This document shows positions 24,704 to 36,806 of a stretch of DNA of 64,000 bases, piece after piece. Source of the stretch: Vitrella brassicaformis CCMP3155 (Eukaryota > Protista > Chromerida). The stretch lies in contig CDMY01001052.1 in the NCBI GenBank assembly GCA_001179505.1, positions 124,001-188,000 of the forward strand. Reading direction: 5' to 3'. Numbering within the stretch: the stretch's first letter is position 1; each line of letters starts with the position of its first letter. Under the pieces are notes generated by a model. It searched no databases. It was not told the DNA's origin and was given only the letters and a program-made list of their open reading frames with translations. The position numbers and the translations under genes are program-made.

Positions 24704-26407
24704 TCAGTGGTCATGGCCTTCATGCCCGTTGTCTTCGTGTTCATGTGCCGTCTCCTCTAACACACCGATCCCCGCCATGAGGCCTGCACACAGGCATACA
24801 TTACACACACAGACAGAGACACACACACAGACACACAGAGACACGGGAATCTCTCTCTCTCTCGCCCCTCCGCCTCTGTGTGAGTGTGTGTGCTCACCGA
24901 GTGCGATGGCCATCATCGTGACGGCAACGAGGATTGCCATCCATTTCTCTATCGTCACCCCCTGCTGCTCTTGCTCTCCTTCCTTCTTGAGCATTGTCAG
25001 CTCGCCATAGAGCTTCAAGGCGATGGGTGTCAGCAGAAACAGCGCGATGGTCAGCCAGGCGCCGCACGTGAAGGCCAGGCAGTAGCGCTCAAAGTCTTCC
25101 ACCGCCGATTCAAGCACTGTCGAGAAGCCGAGACCCACCGCAATGCCGATGAGGGAAGTAGTGGAGGCCGTAATGTTGACGGCTATGACGAGGCAGTTGC
25201 TGAGGCCACTCAAGCGCAGCACGGCATAGTCGCTCATCTCCTGTGTAGATACATCCGTTTGTTAACACACGCATTGATTGGCGGCTGGATTCACTATATG
25301 TGTATGCGCCACGGAGGCGCTATCTCTTTCTGTCTTTCTCTGTGTGCGGTGCTGACGGACGGACCTGGGGGATCTCGTGCGCCAGAATGGCAATCGAAGT
25401 CACCAGGCCGACAAACCACCCCACGTACCAGGAGACACCTGGTCAGCAGACAGATACATTCGCGTACACATAATCGATCCATCCACAGTCAACAATTGAC
25501 GCGCTCCCTCAGCCAGTCGGTCGCTCGCTCACCAACAGCGATCCCATCGACAAAATTGCAGACCACATCGCCGGCCAGCGCCGCCCAACCGTACGACTCC
25601 ACCGACCGCCAGTCGAACCCGCCTTTCTTGCCACTCTTCTCCACGTCACCTCCGTGTGCATCCGCACCTGCATTATTGCCCTCCTCCTTCTTCTCCTCAC
25701 ACGTGTCTCCATCGTCAGGGGGAACCACGGTGAACATCATGACGGTGGCGGGTGTGCGGTCTGGTGCAGGAGCGGGAGGGTGTTTCTTTGGGTGGCTGTG
25801 GAAGCTGTGCAGCAGCTGGGAGAAAAGGAGCACGGCCAGGCAGCCGACGAACGCCGTGATACCCAAAAAGGTGACCTGGCTGTGCGGGGCGCCCTCGACG
25901 GCATGTGGGTAAATGTGCATCAGCGAGTCGCTCTGTCCCCCACAACCAGCACACACACACACACACACACACCCCTCTTCCCACAGTTCGCCGACTGAGT
26001 GTCGTTACGTGACTCTGTGTAATTTGGTTGGTGTGTGGGTGACTGACCACCATGACAGAGATTGAGAGGACGACAAGCGCGAATTGGAGCACCGCGCCAA
26101 TCGCGCCCTTTCCTATGAACTGCAAAAGGAACGCGCCAATCAGACTATTCACCGACAGTATCACGCCTGCAGCACACAGGAAATCACACACGAACGTGCA
26201 TGCCACAAAGACAGCGACCAAGTGCTTCCCCTGTCGACACGCACCCGTGACGATGGCGGCCGCCCATTTGTATTCGAGCGGGAAGTTCTCATCCTCCTCG
26301 TGGTCGTCGTGGTCATCATCATGGTCATCACCAGAAGCAGAGGCCGTACGAAGGACGACCAAAGCGAGAGATGTGGCGAGCAGCAGGCGCAATGGCGATA
26401 GGGACAT
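24704..26407 (-). CDS. ZIP (SLC39, LIV-1-like) metal transporter with signal peptide and His-rich termini (multi-exon)
   Basis: Signal peptide MSLSPLRLLLATSLALVVLRTASA; DDHDDDHDDH; HIYPHA; TM4 GDVVCNFVDGIAVG; TM5 IAILAHEIPQ|EMSDYAVL; YCLAFTCGAWLTIAL; C-terminal HEHEDNGHEGHDH*. Confidence 0.88.
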
Positions 26408-26651
26408 TCTTGTAAGAGTCAGAGAACCCAGGGTGGTCGAGGAATCACCTCCGACTGCTCGAGTAGAGTGGTGACCAAAGAGGGACTCAGGAAAGGGAGA
26501 ATGAAGCTTGACGTATTGCTTGAATACGCACGCAGCCTTTGCCGGAGAAACTGCCAGGCCCCAGCTGGCTAACCCCGCACCTCCAGTCCTGTAAATTCGC
26601 CATCGGAATTCGCCATGGTGCGCTAACCAAGGCGGCAGAAGGCCAGGAAAG

Positions 26652-29290
26652 ATGACGGGCACCCCGCGTCCATTCAGCAGCGTGTTGGGTGCCGGGAAGG
26701 ACCAGAGGGAAAGAGGTGAATGGGTACAGGGATCTTCCAGCAATGGGATGGGGATGGATGGATGGATGCATGGATGGATTCATCAGATCTGGAGTCCAAT
26801 CAGTGCAGTGAGAGCACGCCCCTGGTGCGGCAGAAACACAACAGGGATGGTACGAAGGAGGCAGATCGATGACTGACATCCAGAAGGATGGCGGGGTCGC
26901 TGCTGCACAGCGTTGATGGATCTTTCATGTGTATGCAGGGTCGCTGCTGCATTTCGATGCGGTGCTGGCGTGTTTGACCTACCTGTTCATCTCGGCGGGC
27001 ATCACGCTGTTCAACAAGGTGTGAGCAAGACCGCCCCAAATCAAGTGTCGGTGATGCCACTCTCTCTGCTGCGCTGCGTGATCCCCCATGTGTGTGTAGG
27101 CTGTTATGTCGCTGTTCAATTTCAAGCTGTTCGAAGTCATCTTACTCTGCCAGACGGTCTTCACAGTGGTGGCGATGATGCTGTTCAAAAGGATGGGTGT
27201 GGCAGACAATAATACACACACATACAGATACCCTGACACCCTCACACCGATGTATGTTGGTGTGAGGGTGAATTGTGGGTGTGTGGGGGTCATTCAGGCC
27301 TGCTGCACTACCCCCCTCTGACGTTCGCCCGCGCCATGTCGCTCATCCCACTCACCGGCTTCAACCTTCTACGAATCATCGTCGGACTGGGCGCACTCGG
27401 TACCTGGGGGACACGCCATTCACACCCACATCGGTGCGAACGGTCATGTGTGTGTGTGTGTGTGTGTGTCTGGGGGGGATATCTGTCTGCAGCATATTTG
27501 AATGTGCCGACCAACAGCGCCATGCTGCGGGCAGGGAGCATCTGCATCATTGCTGGGTGGGTCAGGCAGAGAGGGGAGGGAGGGAGGGAGAATACTGGAG
27601 CACCACAGAACAGACCCCCCTGTGTGTCTGTGTGTGGATGGTATGAATGTGTGTTTATGCAGGGAATACTTCTTCCTCTCGATCGGCTCGTCGAACCGCG
27701 TCATCGGAGCGGTGCTAGTGCAAGTATGACTTGCATACCGACCACCCTCCCGGCCCATCTGTGTGCAGTGCACAGTCTCTCTCTCTCTCTCTATGTCTGT
27801 TTTCAGGTTGTGGGCGCCATTGTTGCCGCCTACAACGACCTGCATTTCACCGCCATCGGCCTCGTCTTTGGCCTGTTCACATGCCTTTTCAACTGCGGTG
27901 CGTTCGTCTTTACCATGCACACACACACACACATACGTCCATAGTGTGGTTGGTTGCTTGGCTCATTCCGTCTTTCAGCGTATGCCATCCAGATGAAGAT
28001 CGACCTGAATCATCAGGCGGAGATCAACGCACGGAGACTCAAGCAGTGGGAGGAATCAGCCGTGGCGGTGCGGCCGGAGCACCCTCCAGAGAAGGAAAAC
28101 ATATACTCACTGCTCATGTACTGACAGTGCATGAGACACACACAGAAATACACATACACGCAAATAGACACACACACGTGTGTGGTGTGGGAATGCGTGC
28201 CCTCCTGCAGGTATTTCTCGTTGAATTCGACGCCCGTCCTTCTCATTTGGGCCATACTGGTGGGCGGCCAGCGCACTCATCTCACCCACACAACGACACA
28301 GCACACAAGCAAGACACACACGACACATGTGGGTGGGATGCGATCGACGTTTGAGCAGGCAGGGGACCTGCCGCGAGCGATGCAGCACCCCGCTGCGATA
28401 CTGCCGTCATTCCAGTTCTGCTTCCTGTTCACGGTGGGTAATAAGCAGGAGAACGACGTCAGAGATTGGTGCAATCTCTGTGCATGTGCGCGTGTGTGTG
28501 TGTTCAGGCGACTCTTGCGGCGATTCTAAACCTGTCGTCCTTCTACGCGACCAAACTCACATCGCCCCTCATCGTAGGCAGCCATGGGTGGACGGATGGA
28601 GTGCACACGCATGCCTCCCTCCCTCCCTCCCTCCCTGCAGGTGTCAGTGACGAGCAACATCAAGAACATCACCTGCGACGTTGCGGGGATATTCCTCTTC
28701 GGAGACGTCACGCTCACACCATTGTACGTCTGTCTGTCTGTCTGTCTGTCCATCTCTTGTTCGTCACGTGTGTGCGTGTGGATGCGTCTGTGCCGTGTGC
28801 CATGTGTGGACAGCTACCTGACGGGCCTGATTGTGTCTGCGAGCGGTGCGGGGCTGTTCACCTACGTCAAATACATAGAGAGCGAAGCGCATAGAAAAGA
28901 AACTGGTGGAATAGACAGAGCAAACGCACACACACAAATGAGACACATCCATCTCTCTCCCCTTTCTCTCTCTCCTCTCCTCTCTCTCTGTGCGTGTGTG
29001 TGTGTGTGTCTGTTTGTATGCAGAGCGTGCCCGTCGACAGCAAGAGGAGGTAGCAAAGGTGGTGCAACAACACGCTTACATATCAGCGGTAGGACACACA
29101 CACACACACACACGTCTCCGAGAGAGACACATGGATTCCAGCCACATCCATCCATCCATCCATCCATGAGTGCGCTGTGTGTGTTGTGTGTGTTGTGTGC
29201 GTTGAATGGCATCGGGTCAATCAGCCGCCGACCACGGCGCCATCGACAGGGAGTCTCGCGTCCACACGCAGCTCCGACCAAAAGGTCTAG
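26652..29290 (+). CDS. Nucleotide-sugar transporter, SLC35D/TPT-like (multi-exon; ends approximate)
   Basis: VLACLTYLFISAGITLFNK|AVMSLFNF; AYLNVPTNSAMLRAGS; VGAIVAAYNDLHF; LNLSSFYATKLTSPL|SVTSNIKNI..GIFLFGD; YLTGLIVSASGAGLFTY. Confidence 0.85.
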
Positions 29291-29801
29291 AGTGCAGAGA
29301 ACCGTGTAGCGGACAGACAGAGCCGTCAGACAGACAGACGGAAAGAGCGAGAGAAGGCAGGCCAGCCAGGCAGGGATGGCGTGGCAGGGCATACGCGTGC
29401 GTCGCGTGTTGATAAAGGGCGAGTGGAAGCAAGCAAAAGGTCGTTGCAGTGCGTCTTCTCTGTGAGTGTGTGAGCGATTTTTGGCGAAAGAAAGACCTTT
29501 TGCGCGCTTCTTCCCGTGGTGCACTCGTTGATCCGTCGGTCGAGCCTTAATTGTGACTGCACGTGGAAATCTCCATGCTTATTGATTGATGCACACCGCA
29601 CACGTACGTCTTGCGAGACCTGCCCGCGTCACTCACTCACTTATCAGAGTCTGCTCGACACGACACACCACATGTCTCTCCGCCCGACCAGAAACGTCAG
29701 CAGGGACGCAATCCATGCAGACTGCACTTCTCCCACCCGCCCACCCACCCGACAGATACCCATCTAAATGCGTTCTTTCGTGGTGGTAGGTACCCACCCC
29801 C

Positions 29802-30785
29802 CTACTCTACTCCCCCTGTCGTCTTGTCATGGAATTCCTGGATCTGTCGCTCCAGCTTGTCCATCTCTGCCAGCACAAGAAGGCGCTGCTCGTGCATGGC
29901 CTTCTTGACGTCGGGCAGCGTGTCGGCCTGGTCGTGGCGCACCTTGACGATCTTGCGGGCCTTTGCCGCCCGCTTGAAGAAGAAGAACGAGCCGATGAAG
30001 AAGATCGGGTGGATGGAGCAGGCCATGCCGGCGCACCAGCCGCCCATCTGCAGGTTGTTGAACTCGCTGTTCCCCTGGCTCCTGCTCATGTGACCCACAC
30101 CCAAAATCTGAGACTTGCGAAGACGCAACAGGTCCATCTCGCCCATCCGGCTGCGCGCCTCGGCAAGGGTCGTCCGCTGCCATGCCTTCGACCGCTCACT
30201 CAGCGATACGACCACAGGGGGCAGGGGAGAGGGCGATGAGTCGCTCGTCTGCGGCGTCTTGTCACCATTGTCACCATCAGCAGCCGCAGCAGCAGCAGCA
30301 GCAGGAGCGGTTGATGCGTCCTCATGGCTGGTGGCTGCTCCTGGCTTCTTGTGGATAAACTCGGCAATCACGTATGGCTCCTTGAGTGTGGCCTCGAGCA
30401 CGTCAAGGGCCTGCGACCGCATGCCCTCCCGCACCGTGCCAATGGCGTCCAGCATCCGTTCACGCCAATCCTCGTAATCAAACGACACAGCACCAACGCC
30501 ATCGCCACCATCGGCCGCACTGCCTGCCGGCTCCTCTTGCCCCACTGCTGGTGACGAATCGTCGTCGTCAGCTTCAGCTCGGTCGGTCCTCTTGGTCTCG
30601 GAAGATGGCGGCGTTTGCCGGCTGCCAGGGATGATGGGGATGGCCTGGGCGGAGAGCTGGCGGGTCAGGTGGAGGGAATGCGGTTCGAGGGAGATGCGGC
30701 ATGGCTGAGAGGCAGGCGAGATCAGCTGAGAGCTGGGAGGCGCCAGTCTCGCCAAGATCCGCCGCAGAGGACGCATTGACGCCAT
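29802..30785 (-). CDS. Intronless hypothetical protein with mitochondrial-type presequence, one hydrophobic segment and C-terminal coiled coil
   Basis: Open frame of about 327 aa: MAASMRPLRRILARLAPPSS (Arg/Ser-rich, no acidic residues); GWCAGMACSIHPIFFIGSFFFF followed by KRAAKARK; LAEMDKLERQIQEF. Confidence 0.7.
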   Translation of the reverse strand: MASMRPLRRILARLAPPSSQLISPASQPCRISLEPHSLHLTRQLSAQAIPIIPGSRQTPPSSETKRTDRAEADDDDSSPAVGQEEPAGSAADGGDGVGAVSFDYEDWRERMLDAIGTVREGMRSQALDVLEATLKEPYVIAEFIHKKPGAATSHEDASTAPAAAAAAAADGDNGDKTPQTSDSSPSPLPPVVVSLSERSKAWQRTTLAEARSRMGEMDLLRLRKSQILGVGHMSRSQGNSEFNNLQMGGWCAGMACSIHPIFFIGSFFFFKRAAKARKIVKVRHDQADTLPDVKKAMHEQRLLVLAEMDKLERQIQEFHDKTTGGVE

Positions 30786-31067
30786 TGCTGCGACTAAAAA
30801 GCACCTTTCCCACACCACACACCTTTCAGCTCGCAAGAGTGTGAGCTTGCAGGTGAGTTGTGGAGATCTTTCATGCTCCTGTTCTGGAGTGCCTCCATTG
30901 CTCTCAGCTCGTTCACGCTTGCCGCTTCGTCCAAGCTTCTTCTTCCCACTTGCCCGGCAGCCTTCAACCTTACACCTCAACCATCTGATCCAACCCGCTC
31001 CTTCTCAGTGTCGAGCGTTTCTGCAAGAGCACCTGCAAGGGCTGTGTGTTCGTCGTCTGCAGCCGGC

Positions 31068-32266
31068 ATGGGGCTCCTCAAGGTGCCTGCGGAGAACCTG
31101 TTTGTGTCTGAGCCTGACCCGCTTCTGTTTGGGAATGATGAGAACGCCGAGAATGATCCCACCTGGACGAACGGCAACTGGCTGAAATCAAGATTCCACT
31201 TCTCGTTTGCTGGTCAGTCAGCTACATGAAGGAGGGGAAAATGTTATAAGGGGTCATTCTCTGTCCATCTGTGTGTGCAACAGAGTACCATGACCCCCAG
31301 CGCAGTCAGTACGGCGTGCTGCGTGTGATGAACGACGACCTGGTGCAGCCCAACAGAGGCTTTGGCACACACGGACACCGCAACATGGAGGTCAGTCGGG
31401 AGGCATGTTCTGTTCTGCTGAGTGCGTGTGGGAACACCCCCATCTCGCTTGATATCGTGTCTGTCAGATTGTCACTTATGTGGTGGAGGGCGCTCTGACG
31501 CACCAGGACTCAATGGGCACGGCCGAGACTCTGGAGAGAGGGTCCGTTCAGTTCATGACTGCTGGCACGGTGCGCATGTGATGTGGTGCACACTCACGTC
31601 TACACAGACACTCATTTGTTCGTTATCTATTTGGTGCCTGCAGGGGGTGCGGCACAGCGAGCACAACCGCGACAAGGCTCGGCCCCTCCGATTCATCCAG
31701 ATATGGATCAACCCGGTGCAGCTGGGCCTGCAGCCCAACTATGGCAGCCTTAGAGGCAGCCTGGACCAGCGCCACAACAAGCTCGCCCATCTCGTGTCGC
31801 CCGTGGACAAACTCAACAAAATGGTCAATGAAGGAGTCACTTACGAAACAATCAATCCATTTCCCAACGTGTGTTGTGTTGTGTGTGCATTCAGGGCGAA
31901 GCTGGGGAGATCAAGATCAACCAGGATGCTCACATCTACGTTGCTGAGCTCGACACCGGCCGTCAGGTGGCGTTGTCCCTTTCAGAGGGCCGGATGGCCT
32001 ACGTGCTCTGCGTCGAGGGCGCCCTGTCGATGGAGGGACCTTTCGGCAAGGAAAGCCTCACAAAGCACGGTGAGTGAGACGACAGACAGGGAGACCATCC
32101 ACCCGGCCCTCAGCCAACAGCCGGGCCTTTTGTTGTGTGCGTGTGTGTGTGTGTGTGTCCAGATGCTGCCCGAGTGGATGGCTCTGGTGCAATCACGTTC
32201 AGTGCTCTGGAGAATGAGGACAAGGAGCCCGGCCATGTGCTCATTGTCGAAATGGCTCAGAAGTAA
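31068..32266 (+). CDS. Pirin-family bicupin protein (YhhW-like, multi-exon)
   Basis: LKSRFHFSFA|EYHDP..GVLRVMNDDLVQPNRGFGTHGHRNME|IVTYVVEGALTHQDSMG..GSVQFMTAG|GVRHSEHN..LRFIQIWINP; His-x-His and His-x-Glu metal ligands intact. Confidence 0.93.
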
Positions 32267-33229
32267 TGATCGTCGTGTTAGCAATACCCACACAGGGAGG
32301 GAGGGAGGGGTAGATTTTGCTTGTCAGGCTGGGCGAAGGGGGGCAACGACACTCACTGTTCTCGTGCGCCCGTTTTTGGGGGCCAGGATGCTGTTTGTGC
32401 ATATCTATGGTGATGGATAAAGAGATTGACGGACGAACCATCTTTGGTGGGTGCTGTGAGATGCGATGACATTTACCTTACTGCACTTACCTGAACGACA
32501 TGGGCATCAAGAAACACGAGACACATGTACGTCTGGGCCACATTGAAAAACCACCGGCACAAAGGCACCGCACCAATCCTCTAGCCAATCCTCGCAAAGA
32601 TGCACTAGCGCGTTTTGGGTCACATGGGCAATGGCAATGGGCACGCATGTGTGCACTGCACACCGGGGAGAGAGGGAGAGAGAGAGACAAAGGGATACAT
32701 ACCTTGAGTCGACACCACACGGAGATAATACACTTCGCTTCTTTTCGCATTGAGATGCACTCAACGCTTGCTGCTACGCCACCCCACGCCACGCCATACA
32801 ATCCTTTCTTAAGCCAGAGACAAACAAATACCTGTCTTGTCTGTTAGCGTATGCCCTACGTGTGCAGACAGAGACACACTCTGCACAAATATATACTCAC
32901 CTACTTAGGTATATATATAGAGAGAGCGAAGAGACACACAGTGACCACAGCGAAGATACGCACACACATGGTACCTCTTTCCCTGTTCTGCCATGCCCTC
33001 TACACGGACTCCGAAGCTCCAAGAGCCAAAAATGATAGGACGGCAGCACCTGTCTGTACCTTGCGCACGCACCCATCCATCCATCCATCAGGTCATTTGT
33101 AACAATCTCCGTGCAGCGATCATCACGCACCAATAAATACACTGACTGACCAACAGACCTACTAGCGGAAAGAAAGAATGATGAGAAAGAGAGCATAGCA
33201 TTCTCTGCACAGCACACAGCACACATGTG

Positions 33230-36200
33230 TCACCGACATTTGTCCGATTGGACAACTCTGGACTTTCGAATCACCTCCCCCCGGCCGTCTAGGGCCTCCA
33301 CCATGTAGTACCGGCACTTCTTGCCCGCCTCGCGCACCTCGACCCACATCTCAAAGCGCCGCTTGTCGATGGTGTCCAGCTCTTTCTTTGGGGGGGCCTT
33401 GGTGTCCTCGTATATCCGCCACTTCTTGGTCTCTGTGGAGCCGTTCCAGCTCACATGGAGGCGGGGGACAGTGCCGCTGTGTCCCTTCACTTTGTCGTTG
33501 GTGAGCTTCAGCTTGGGCCCCCACTTCGGCTCGCCCCGCCACTCGAACTTGAAGGCCCGCTGACATGACAGAGACACAGAGGGATGGTGGTACGGTGTGT
33601 GGGGGCAGTGTGTAAGCGCATACGTATGTGGAAATGTCGCTGTTCTGCCACCGCACCCACTCCATCTCGAACACCTTGTTCCCCTTACGCGTGACCTACA
33701 CGACCACACACACCCCACCCCCAGGCCGCCGTCAGGCCAGCCAAGAGGACTGGACAAGACAAGACAAGGCACCGACTGGACTGACCTCTGTGTAGAATGG
33801 CGGGTTGGCCCTCCCCTGTGACGAGCCCCAGCAGATGCCCTTGTTGCCGTTGGGGAGCTGACACACACACACGCACAGAGAGAGACGTGGAGGTGCGTGT
33901 GTGGGGCTGTGGTTGTGTCTGCTGACTCACCCACCGTCTGGACGTTGCCCGTCACCTGCCCGAAGTAATCGGGTTTGTGCCGATACTCCCACACTGCACA
34001 CAGACGGACGGACATCACCTCGCCCTTTGTGTGTGTGGTATGTGTGCAGGTGGACAGACAGATGGACGCGACGCACCCTTGGTGGCGGTGTTGTCTTTGG
34101 TGTCGATTTTGTACTCGACTGCGCGCGACCATGGGTGCTTGCAGAACTTCTTGCTCTGCCGGAACTTCTTGAAGTCAGCTGCATGCATCCACACACACAA
34201 ATATCCATCCATCTCCCATGCGTCCATCGATGTCACACACACGCTTGGCTGGCTTGTACAAACTACACACACTTACAGTGACACAGATCATCTGACGGAC
34301 AGACACCACACACACGCAGCCGCAGCCGCAGCCGCACACACAGAAATAACGTCATCACCCATCCGCCACCCAGCCATCTCTCTCTCTGCGTGTGTGTTGT
34401 CTGTCTCAGCTGTCTCGGCTCACGGTTGTCGAAGATGGTGATTCGGTCCTCCCCGATGGCCCTCACGTCGTGCGAGTCGATGACAGCGTGCTGGTCGTTC
34501 TTGATCTTGATGGTCGAGAAGGCGCTCACCCCGCCGAACCTGTAGACTGTGTCGCCGTTCTCATCCACACGAATCAGACCCATGTTCCGCATGTTAATCT
34601 ATATGCCCATCCATCCACCCACCGACACCGTGTGTCAGAAACACACACATGGGGGGAGGGAGAGGTGCGTGTGTGTGTGTGTGTGTGTGTTGACCAGACC
34701 AGGTATCCGGCGGTTTTGCCGTTCTTTCGCTTGACCCAATCGACCGAGTTGTTGTGGAATGGGTTCTTTTGGGAGTGGAGGGAGAGCTTGCCGGCCTGCT
34801 TGGGCTTGAAGTGGTCCCACGACCGCCACTCGAACATCTGTCAAAACACCAACCACAACCACAACCACAACCACAGGGAGGGAGGGATCCATTCATTCGT
34901 CAGTTGTGTGCCGTTGGTCGGTCGACAGTACCACATTGCCTCGAGTGTCGATCTCCTGCACAATCACGCCTGTGAGTGTGTCCAAGCCAAGAAGGAAACC
35001 CACAACAGACACACAGAAGAGAGTGAGAGGAAGGCACTCGGTGGGCTGACTTACCGAGCATCCGGTCGATTCCCTTGGTTGGTTTGTTTTGCCAGTCCTT
35101 GGCCATCATCAGCGCCCATCCCTTGTGGTTGACTTGCAGCCCGTGCACGTTGGCGCGGTAGCCGTGCTGCACACAGTACTTTTTGGAGTGGGTCCGATAC
35201 CGATGGTCCACCTCGAACGCACACACCTGCACACAGCACAGCGCAGGAGAGAGTCCGTGTGCAGACAGACAGCAAAGGCGTCCAAGGCACGCACCGGGTC
35301 TTCGTCGTCGAAGTATGTGGCTGTCCCTTTGTCGAAATACGTCAGGCGGCCGTTGCCCTGTGACATACACGTACAGACAGACAGATAGCATGTGTCGATG
35401 TCGATCGATGTGGTCTCCCAGACTGATGTGCTCACTGACTGTACCTGCACTTTGAAGTCTCCCAGCCAGCTGAAGATAGGGAGCACCACACCACAATCAG
35501 GCCAGGCCACTCCCACTTACTGCTTGCAGCTAGCTAGCTACCTGTCTTTCTTATTCCAGTACACAAGGTCGCTGCACACACACACACACAGATCGGACAA
35601 CCATCAGCCATCCACCATCAACCATGTCTCTCCTGCCAAGTCTCTCTCTCATTTGCGTTGTTTTCCTCTCTCACCCACCCGTCCTGGTCGAGTATGAGGA
35701 GGTAGTGCCTCCGCTTGTTGCCCTGGTTGAGCCCCGCGAAGATGTACCCGTCCGCGGCGTTCTTGCCAGGCTTGCTCTTGACGTGCCACCTCGGCAGGTC
35801 CGGCGGCACGTTCCTGTACTCCGACCAGTCCACTCCGTCCGCCTGCTGCGTAATGACGCCATCCACACCGTTATACCCATAACCATAACCATAATCATCG
35901 CCACCATCGCCCTCTGCATCGCCATCACCACCGGTATAAAGATAGTCTATGTCCTCTTGTCCCTCGCTGTTATCCTCGCCGTCCCCGTCAACACCATATA
36001 GGTCACCATACAGATCATCATAAGCACCGTCATAAGGGTCATCGATGCTCTCTCGCTGCGCGTGTGTGTCGGGGAGGCCGAAAAAATCGTCCACGAGACG
36101 GTCGATTGGCGAGGGGCCTTCTGCTGCGGGCTCCTCAAGGTCCATTTCTGGACCGGGCTGGTTCTCATCCGGCTCTTCCTCTGCAGGATCGTCGCCGTCG

Positions 36201-36806
36201 ATGACAGTCTCACCATCGGTGCCGTCTTGGTCTTCTTGGTTGGGGGCCTTTCGGCTGGCGGAGAAGTCGAAGTGCGCAGAGATTTCGAAGCTCCACGAGA
36301 AGCCGCCGATCCTGGCGCCGCGCTTGGTCTGCAGCACGTCCTTTCTGACGTCAATCTTCACCTTCTCCCCCTCCTCAAAGCTGGTCACATGACCGAAAAG
36401 CCGGGGGTGCTCGTGTGGGTGTGCGTGTGTGTGCGTGTGTGTGTGCTTACACGCCGCTTGGGTGGAAGACCACGGTCCTCTTGTCGTCGGCCAGGCGGAC
36501 CTCCCCTTTGTGAGCGCCGCTCTTGCTGCCGACGACGGAAAAGAGCCCAGGAAGCGCCTTGTGCAATCTCTTAGAGTCGATGCGCTGCCCCTGCCGGACC
36601 CCTATGGAGGTGAAGGGCGACACGAGAATGGCGTCTGGCCGGGGGTGCACGTACACAAAGCTCCCGAACTGCTGCTTGGCGGTGGACTTCTTCTTGCCCT
36701 CGAGCTGACGACGCCTCGCGTGGTGGTCGGCCGAGCCTGCGGCGTTGAGCAGAACGGTCAGCAGGATTAAGGTCAGGTGGCCTAGTCGCCGCCTCGCTCG
36801 TGTCAT
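33230..36806 (-). CDS. Secreted arylsulfate sulfotransferase (ASST, PAPS-independent) with N-terminal Ig-like domain (multi-exon)
   Basis: Signal peptide MTRARRRLGHLTLILLTVLLNAAGSA. Ig-like FVYVHPRPDAILVSPFTSIGVRQG..SGAHKGEVRLADDKRTVVFHP. Propeller: DFKVQ|GNGRLTYF, ANVHGLQV, FEWRSWDH, NPFHNNSVD, MRNM, DSHDVR, ITIFDN, SRAVEYKID, GNVQ, YRAFKFEWRGEP, VSWNGSTET..W. Confidence 0.88.

Noticed and set aside
32500-32800. Minus-strand exon-like pieces (..QNALVHLCEDWLEDWCGAFVPVVFQCGPD..) between pirin and ASST
   Set aside because: No consistent start, splice phase or recognisable domain; too weak to call.
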